A stretch of DNA of 64,000 bases. Origin: the human T2T-CHM13v2.0 reference genome, Homo sapiens. The first letter of the stretch is position 1. Each line of letters opens with the position of its first letter. Below, in pieces: positions 55,874-64,000 of this stretch. Both the position numbers and the translations under genes were made by a program. The DNA lies in the NCBI RefSeq assembly GCF_009914755.1, contig NC_060925.1; one strand, given 5' to 3'. Under the pieces are notes generated by a model. That model ran no database searches and was not told the origin of the DNA. It saw only the letters and a program-made list of their open reading frames with translations.

Positions 55874-56600
55874 GCCCAGCCCACTGTCTGGCCTTTTCCC
55901 CATATCACTGATATCTACTGAAAGGGTGATCCCTGCTTGTGTCCTGAAGCCCCAGGGGTAAGTGGCAACCTGAGTCACAAGGGACAGATAGAATGTCAGG
56001 GTTGAAGTGACTCTCTGCCTCACCCACTCTGAATGTGACTGCCCCTGCCTATGCAGTGGTGGTGGTGCTGTCACAGCCAGAACATGTTGGCAGAGAGGTG
56101 GGCAGGGTGCCTGAGGGGGCAGGGTGCTGGTCATCTGGCTAAAAACAGGGGCTGGGGGTAGGGAAGGCCACTCAGTTATGCCTTCCTTTGGTTCCAAGCT
56201 CTATAATATGATTCAGGTGCCTCCCATGGCCCCCTGCCTTCCCAGCAAATTCACTAAGAGCAGAGGGAGGAGGCACTAATGGTTTCCACATTTGGGGCCC
56301 TCTGCAGTGAGGCCTTCCAAGCTCTGGGGCAAAGAAATCTAACCTCACCAGCGCTCTGAGTAGATCCCTGTTCTGTGGAGTGCAAACGTGTTCATGGAGT
56401 ACCTCTTAAAGGTGAGGGTCTTAGGCCTTGTGGGCAAGACCCTGAGAATATGACAAACCAGCAAACAGAGAAGCAGCCTGCCCAGAGCTTACAGCCGGTG
56501 GCAGAGACAGAAAACTTACCAGAAAATTACAATATGGGGTGAAGAGGACTGTGCGTGCAGTAACAACAGAGGAAGGCACCTCTTCCTCTGTTAGGGGTTT

Positions 56601-56933
<333 letters not shown>

Positions 56934-58249
56934 TTAGTGACTGAGCCCTGCAGGCTGAAAAAGAGTTACGGCAGGGAGGGGTTTGGAGATGCAGGCAACA
57001 GGGACAACAGCACATGGAAAGAGCCAGGGAAGGTGGGTGGGTGAGGATGAGGTGGCCAGAGCACAGGGTACAAGGGCACAATGTGTGAAGAGGTGAAAGG
57101 AGAGCCAAACAGTCGGAAAAATCTTCAGGTCTTGAAATCCATCAAGGACGGCAATGGAAGAATTATAAGCAGGCCCGAGATAGGAGATCCATTTAGAAAT
57201 ACCAATCTGGCTTCTGAGAACAGCTGGGACATAACAAGATACATGCAGGGAGAGCTGTTAGGAGGCTGAAGCAGTGATTTGGGGCAATAATAGTGGTGTT
57301 CTGGAGGAGGGTGGCGGCTGTGGAGATGGACAGGAGCATGAGGGTAAAGGGTGTGATGAGGCCAAATCAACAAATTATATGGTCCTTGCTTTGAAGGAGA
57401 AAAAAATTTTAGTTGAAAAAAATCTTTTCTCTCTTAATTCATCCCAGTTTTCTGTGACTAGAAGGACACTTAGAGGTCACTTAGTTCAATTTTCCCCTTG
57501 CAAGAAGTCCAGGGATTTTGAATTCCTTCATGCACACAAGGAGTGGGTGAATATTAGGCAGCAGGGGGAATACTCTGGGTGGGCAGCTGAATGGGACACA
57601 AGCTTTCTCAAAGTTCCAGAAATTTCCGGACATAGAAGTGTGTATTCTGCTGGCCAGGCCCATGGCTCCAGGCAAAGGGGTGGTTTTGAGGTGACACTTC
57701 CTCTGCTAGCTATGATGAAGCACTCTCCTGCCCTCCCCAGGCAGAAACCCCAGCAGGGGTCGGGGGGCACAGAGGCTGGCATGAGGCTGAGGGCTCCTTT
57801 CTGCCAACAGACCCAGCCACAAGTGCTTGCTGAGTGACTGCCCTGTACCCAGCCTTGTTCCTGGAAACTGCTGTGATAACACTCTCTGGGTGAGAACCAA
57901 GATTCGCTGACCTTTTACATAGGCTGAATCTCCAGGAAAAGGTCATTCTTTTTGGAGGTTGTTGAAAATTTAATGACAGCAATTCCTTAGGCTTGTAAAA
58001 CCCTTTTAATGTTCTCAAAGCACAGACAACAGCATCTTCTCTTACACTGAGTGGTGTTTTACAGTGTAAAGCACTTACACAGTGACATGCTTGATCCACA
58101 GGAAGCCCTGGGAGGGATGCAGAGATCATGGGCCCTAGAGCCCAAGTGACTTCAGTTCAAATCTTTTTTATTCTACGCCTCGAGGCTGTGGGGTGTGGGC
58201 CTTGCTTTACCTCTTTGAGTGTCTTCCTCCGTAAGATACATATAATATA

Positions 58250-58571
58250 CAGCCATGTGACAGTTAACAACGAGGATTCATTCTGAGAAATGTGTCCTTA
58301 AGGTGACTTTGTCGTTGTGGAAGCATCATCGTGTGTACTTACACAAACCTAGATGGTGTAGCCTACTACACACCTAGGCTACAAATCTATACAGCATGTT
58401 ACGTTGCTGAATATTATAGGGAATTATAATACAATAATATTCATGCATCTATAAATTAATAGAAAACGTATTATAATCTTATAATCATAAAAATATGGTA
58501 TTATAATCATGTGGGGCCACCGTCATATATGCAGTCAGCCACTAACCAAAACAGTATGTGGCACATGACTG
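58250..58571 (-). mobile_element. Tigger3a-like DNA transposon
   Basis: TA|cagccatgtg...cacatgactg|TA; acttacacaaacctagatgg core. Confidence 0.88.
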
Positions 58572-59179
58572 TACCTATTTTGAAACGTTACTGTAAGCAT
58601 TAAATAAAATGATGCTGCCTGGCCCAGTACTCAATAAAGGCTAGCTTCCTCCAACTTGTTTCCCACCCATTCCCATATTCCAAACAAGGACATATCTAGG
58701 GTTGCCACACTAGAAGTTTTACCTGGCACATAGTGGGTCTGAAATAAATGTTAGTTTCCATTTTCCTCCCTTTAAAGCCCTAAACTAAAGCTATTTCTTC
58801 CCTGGGTTTTTCCTTACCCGGCCCCTGGTATTTCCTGGAAAACCCCTTTGACAATATCACAGAGCCGTGGAGCCTCTCCTTTGAGAAACGCCCATATATA
58901 TATAAAGAGGCACCACACACACCCTCTCACCCACACAATTTTGCTTATGATTTTAAGAAGTTCAGATTCCCTGAAGCTTAATTTAGAAGCCTGTGATAGC
59001 ACCCATATGACACAAAATATCTTCTGCCACAAAGTACAGTTCTTCAGTTATCTGATTTCCGTTTGTAGATTAAAAATTACAAGGAGTTGGAGACCAGCTT
59101 TTCTTCTTGTCCAAGTCTGTGTTCTATATGGTGACTGGAGGGTGATAAATACACGGTGAATGTTAATTTAATGCCTGGG

Positions 59180-59320
59180 TGGACAAATGGATGGATGAAT
59201 GGAAAGGTGGGTGGGGAGGTGGATGGGTGAGTAGGTAGTTGAAGGGATGGTAGTAGATAGTAGGTAATTTGGGTGGCGGAATGGATGGGTGGATGGATAA
59301 CGTAGGTGGATAAGATGGTG
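59180..59320 (+). repeat. Degenerate (TGGA)n/(TGGG)n simple repeat
   Basis: ggatggatgaatgg...ggatgggtggatggat. Confidence 0.8.
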
Positions 59321-61701
59321 AAGGGGTTGCCAAGCTCAGAGAAAGGCCCAGGCAAGCAGTGAGAAGATAAATTAGTGGTCACGGGGGATCTTAACACTCC
59401 TGGCAGAAGACGTCTGATATAATCAGTAGAAAGTATGGGATCTGGAGGGTTCAAAGCAGAGAATGAGTGGAGAAAACAATGTCTTAGCAGGTTGGGTCTG
59501 AAGCAGGGCTCTTAGCTGGGTGGAACAGGAAGAATCTGAGTCAGAAAGCCAAATAGGAAACAGGGCAGGAGATAGGGGAACTCCTAGCCAAGAAAGCAGT
59601 GCTGATGCTGAATGGAAAGCAGAAGCTGCAAGACCTGTTTCTAAGGAAAAGTGGAGAGTGGACAGGATCCAGGGGGTAAGGGAGAGGACTGAATAGAGAC
59701 ACAGGAATTCATGGCATGTGGGATTCTCTGAGTCATAAGTTCAACGATCATTTGTTGAGTTCTTCCTGTGTGTCAGGGGTTGTTTTAGGCACCGAGGATA
59801 AGTCCTTGGTGTCAAATAAGAAAGACAGAAACATTAATAAAAGTTGAGATTTACGGAGCATCCGCTATGCATCAGACACTATTCTAAGGGTTTAATGTGT
59901 CTCTTCCAAGCAACAATTGTATGAAGGAGGTATCATTATCATCATTGCTTAACAGTTAAGGACACTGAGGCACAGAGATAGTAAGTCACTTCCCCAACAC
60001 AACTAGTTAAGTATCAGAGCCAGGATTTGAACCCAGTTTCTAGGGCCTATGTGCTTCTTTGCTGTGCTATTCTGCTGCCGTTAAATGAATAATTAAACAA
60101 TAGTTGTACTGCAGGGTGATGAGAGATATGATGGCAGTCTTTACTGGTTACTGTGGGACACAGAGCGGAGGTGGTAATTGACTTTGGTTGAATGGGTCTA
60201 AATGGGTTTTAGGGAGAAGACTCTTTGAAGCTGGATTTTGGAAAATGAGTTTCTTAGGCATCCCGTAAATAAGGAGTGAGGTTTAAAGATGAGGAAATGA
60301 GGAGAAGGGCATTCCAAGCAGAGCAACCAGCCTGTGCAAAGTGCACAAGCACCGAGGCATGAAACAGCAGGGACCTAGGCAGGAAACCATTAGTAGTTCT
60401 ATCAGGCTGTTTTGCAAGGCTAAGAGCTGCCAGGAGGAAAGACATGCTGCCTACTGGGAATAATGCTTAGGAATGTTCCCCTCAGCCTTTATAGAAATAT
60501 ATGGTGTTCAACAGGCTTTTTATCTCTTTTATCATCCTGAATAACCCCAACAAGTAGGAAAGTCAAATATTAAGACTATTCCTATTTTGGGACTAAGAAA
60601 ACAGCTTGGAGAAGTTAAATGACTGGTCTAAGATTACACCTCCAGTGTGTAGCAGAGGCCAAACTAGATCCTCTGACTCCTAACTTTAATAATCTGGACA
60701 CACTGGCACACAAAACATTTTGATGAGTGCTGCTAGTACAAAGAAAAATAAGATTGAGTTCTCAGTTTTCTGCTACAAAGGCAATGATGAGGCAGCTCAG
60801 ATCTGCAAAGGACTGGATATGAAGCCTTGACAGAAAAGTAACCACCAAGATTAATCAACATGAGTGCAGCACTTCACAGCTTGCAAAGCACATTTACATA
60901 CAGAATCTTAGTTGACATTTATGGAGACACTGTGGCAGATTGTACAAATAATGTTCTTGTTCCCATTTTTCAGATGAACTAGATATACTAATTGATTTGT
61001 TTAAGTCACACAGCCTGTAGGTGATAGATTTAAGACTCAAATTCAAGTCTTTCTAATGCCAAATGTATAATACCCATGGGGGCTGTTAATATAATGGCCA
61101 ATATTTATTGTGTGATTACTATGTGCTAGTTGCTATGTTAAATGCTTACATGCAACATTTCATTTCCCTTCTACAAATATGCCATGAGGTAGATACCTGC
61201 TTTAAAATAAAGAAAATTGAAACTCAAAACAGTTAAGTTCCCATAGCTAGGATGACCAGCCAACCACCACTCAAAGCCCCCTGCTTCTAGCACTATGCAA
61301 TGTTGTCTCCATTGTCTTTAGTCTAGTCCACCCGAACTAAGGAAAAAAATACTTTGAGCTTTTCACAAAACTTGTGTAAAAGCAGGTACATTTGAGGATA
61401 AAAAGTTTAACTATTTTATTCAAAACTCTTTATTCCCTTTGTGAATGGTCCAGTGAAAAAGGCCAAGCTTTCCATGTTACCTGCGAGGAAGGCCCAGAGA
61501 GGTCATGAGACCTAATCAATAACACACAGCAGCACCAAATTCCTAGTTCAGTGCTCAAAAGTTTAAACCCCAAAAGCCATTCAACTCCTCCTCCCTCCCC
61601 TCTGTCTTCTTTATGACCTGGCCTTGTAGGGTAATGGGAATGAGCATGGAAGACAGTCAAGCTGGGATCTGAATCCTGGACATAGAATTTACCAGTTGTA
61701 A

Positions 61702-62081
<380 letters not shown>

Positions 62082-62292
62082 TATAACATTGTTATATACT
62101 ATTATTCAACTTGAGGGGGGAATTGAAAAGGTTAAATGAGGTAATGTCCATCATTCTATGTCATTACTTTGTTTTAATTTCTTCCTAGCATTGAACACTA
62201 CTTATGATTATTTTATTTGTTCATGAGTTTACTGACTTTCTACCTTTGTCTTTCCATAGCTGTTCTCCAAGTGTCTAGAATTGCAGTGATTA

Positions 62293-62592
62293 GCACAGTG
62301 GCCACTAGCCAATGTGGCTATTAAGCATTTGAAATGTTCCTAGCAGGAACTGAGATGTGCTGGAAGTGTAACATACACACAAAGTTTCAAAGACACAGCA
62401 TTAAAAAAAAAAGTAAATGTAAAATATTTTATTGATAATTTTTATATTGATCACATATTGAAATAATATTTAGGGCATATTGGGTTAAATTATTAAAATT
62501 ACTTTTACCTATGTCTTTTCACTTTCTTTAATGTGGCTGCTAGAAAATTTAAAATGTCGTATGTAGTTAATATTATTGCCATCGACCAGTGC
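62293..62592 (-). mobile_element. MER33 (hAT-Charlie)
   Basis: gccactagccaatgtggctattaagcatttgaaatg...ttaatgtggctgctagaaaatttaaaat. Confidence 0.85.
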
Positions 62593-63089
62593 TAGTCATG
62601 AACAATGCTGGCACATACTAGGTGCTCAATAAATAGTTGAACGACTGAATATTTTTCTTTGAATGAGTGAGTGGCACAAAAGTGAAAGTATGTGAATAAT
62701 AGTTTATCTCAAGTAGGCGACCTCCATAGGATAAAGCTGTCTGCTTTAGGTTAATAAACTAATTCTGGTTGAGGTGTTAATAGCTGATAACAGCTTAACT
62801 TGTTGGCATGAGTCAAGGTAAGATGTACATTTTAATTGCAACTCTCTAGAAGTCAGATAAAAGTAGGCTTTTTAATTCTACTGTGAGGTCTTCCAGAAGC
62901 AAGGTTCCTTTAGATTAAATTAAAAAAAAAAAAAAAGAAGAGGAGGGAGGGGACAAATGCTGAGAATGGGGATGGAACAGAGGATGGAGGGAGATGCGGA
63001 GAAACTTCAGAGCGGCAGGTGCCTTTGTTTCCCGTTACCTGCTGAGTCTAGTCCCTTCCAGGGCACACAGTGGGCGCTTAGTAACTGTA

Positions 63090-63560
63090 GAAAGAAGTCG
63101 AACGAAATCGGAAGGGGGAGAGGCAGAGGCCACAATCAAGACACGGAAACGACAGTCAGTCGAGGCAGCAGAGAGGGTTTCACGCGGGCCAGCGGAGGCG
63201 CAGGGCAGTTGAGAAGGGAACTTGCCACGGGGCGGAGGGGCCGCGCTCCCCACCAGCGCGGCGCGGGGGCGCTAGGCCAGGGACCGCCGGGCCAGGGACC
63301 GCCGGCTGCGAGCAGCGGGAACGGACCTGCCCCGGGTCGCAGCGGTTTTTCCCGGGCGGGGCTGAGGCTGCAGGGAGGCGGGCGTTCCGGCGGAGGGTCA
63401 CGGCCTCGCCGCCGGGACTTTCCTGGGGTGGAGGTGTGAGCACGTAGGAGCCCTGGCCTTTCCAACTTCCCAGGTCAGACTGGGGCTGGGACCACCCTGC
63501 GCGGCCTTGGATGCAGGGAACCAACCCAGTGCTAGTCCGCCCTCGCGGGGACCTGTCCTC
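63090..63560. promoter_or_regulatory. CpG island / GC-box promoter or enhancer
   Basis: Dense CpG, very high GC; GGGGCGG 63229-63235; GGGCGGGG 63354-63361; CGGAAG/CGGAAA ETS cores; GGGACTTTCC 63414-63423. Confidence 0.85.
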
Positions 63561-63625
63561 TCGCCTGACCTATGAAGTCCGTCCCTGCCTCCAAGGCTCC
63601 AACAAAGTCCTTCTTTCCCCCAGAG

Positions 63626-63770
63626 TAGCAGTTCTCAAACTTGAGTGCATCAGCATCACCCAGAGGCTGTATTCAAACACGTTGCTGGCTCCCTCCACGG
63701 TTTCTGATTCTGTGGGTTTAGGGTGGTGATGCTGATTCCTCTGGTCAAAGGACCATCCCTGGAGAGCCAC
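63626..63770. mobile_element. MER5A-like
   Basis: agcagttctcaaacttgagtgcatcagcatcacc...tttctgattctgtgggtttagggtgg. Confidence 0.7.
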
Positions 63771-64000
63771 TGCCCTTTAGGTAACGATTTTCCCCTCATT
63801 TTTCTTCTGAACTCGGTCAGCACCTTGTTCAGCCTCCCACTGAGCCTGGAACCCTTGACAGCTGGGGAAACAAGTGCGTTGCTGCTAAGCCAGGAGGGCA
63901 CCTAGGAATCCCAGCTTCCAATCCAGGGCGTTTTCCTCTGCATTCACTGCTTCTTTTACTCTCTTGGGAGCCTATGTGTGGGATCCAGAACAGGGCAGAA

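Noticed and set aside
57274-57837. 187-aa ORF
   Set aside because: Non-ATG start (GTG), overlaps L2/MIR remnants, no recognisable homology
62957-63524. Overlapping ORFs of 72-160 aa at the CpG island
   Set aside because: Gly/Arg/Pro/Ala-rich on both strands, as expected from stop-codon depletion in GC-rich DNA

Overview
Primate (almost certainly human) genomic DNA, about 40% GC and heavily repeat-derived. It contains 10 Alus, MaLR/ERVL/ERV1 solo LTRs (THE1, MLT1, MST, MLT2, LTR8-like), L1/L2/L3/MIR fragments and DNA-transposon relics (Tigger3, MER5A, MER58A, MER33). I find no supportable protein-coding exon, tRNA or rRNA; the ORF track is Alu/L2/GC-rich noise. The window ends in a ~0.5 kb CpG island with GC boxes and a canonical NF-kB site. 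Several splice signals suggest exons of a + strand lncRNA, but I could not identify the locus. I see no convincing new biological system. The best leads are three structures visible directly in the sequence: (1) a 70-nt near-perfect pre-miRNA-like hairpin whose mismatches become G.U pairs on the - strand (25278-25347); (2) an old L1 3' transduction bracketed by a 15-bp TSD (10794-11738); (3) a fold-back plus 57-bp templated-duplication scar at an L1 3' end (43641-44162). Repeat subfamily names come from recalled consensus sequences and boundaries of old repeats are approximate.
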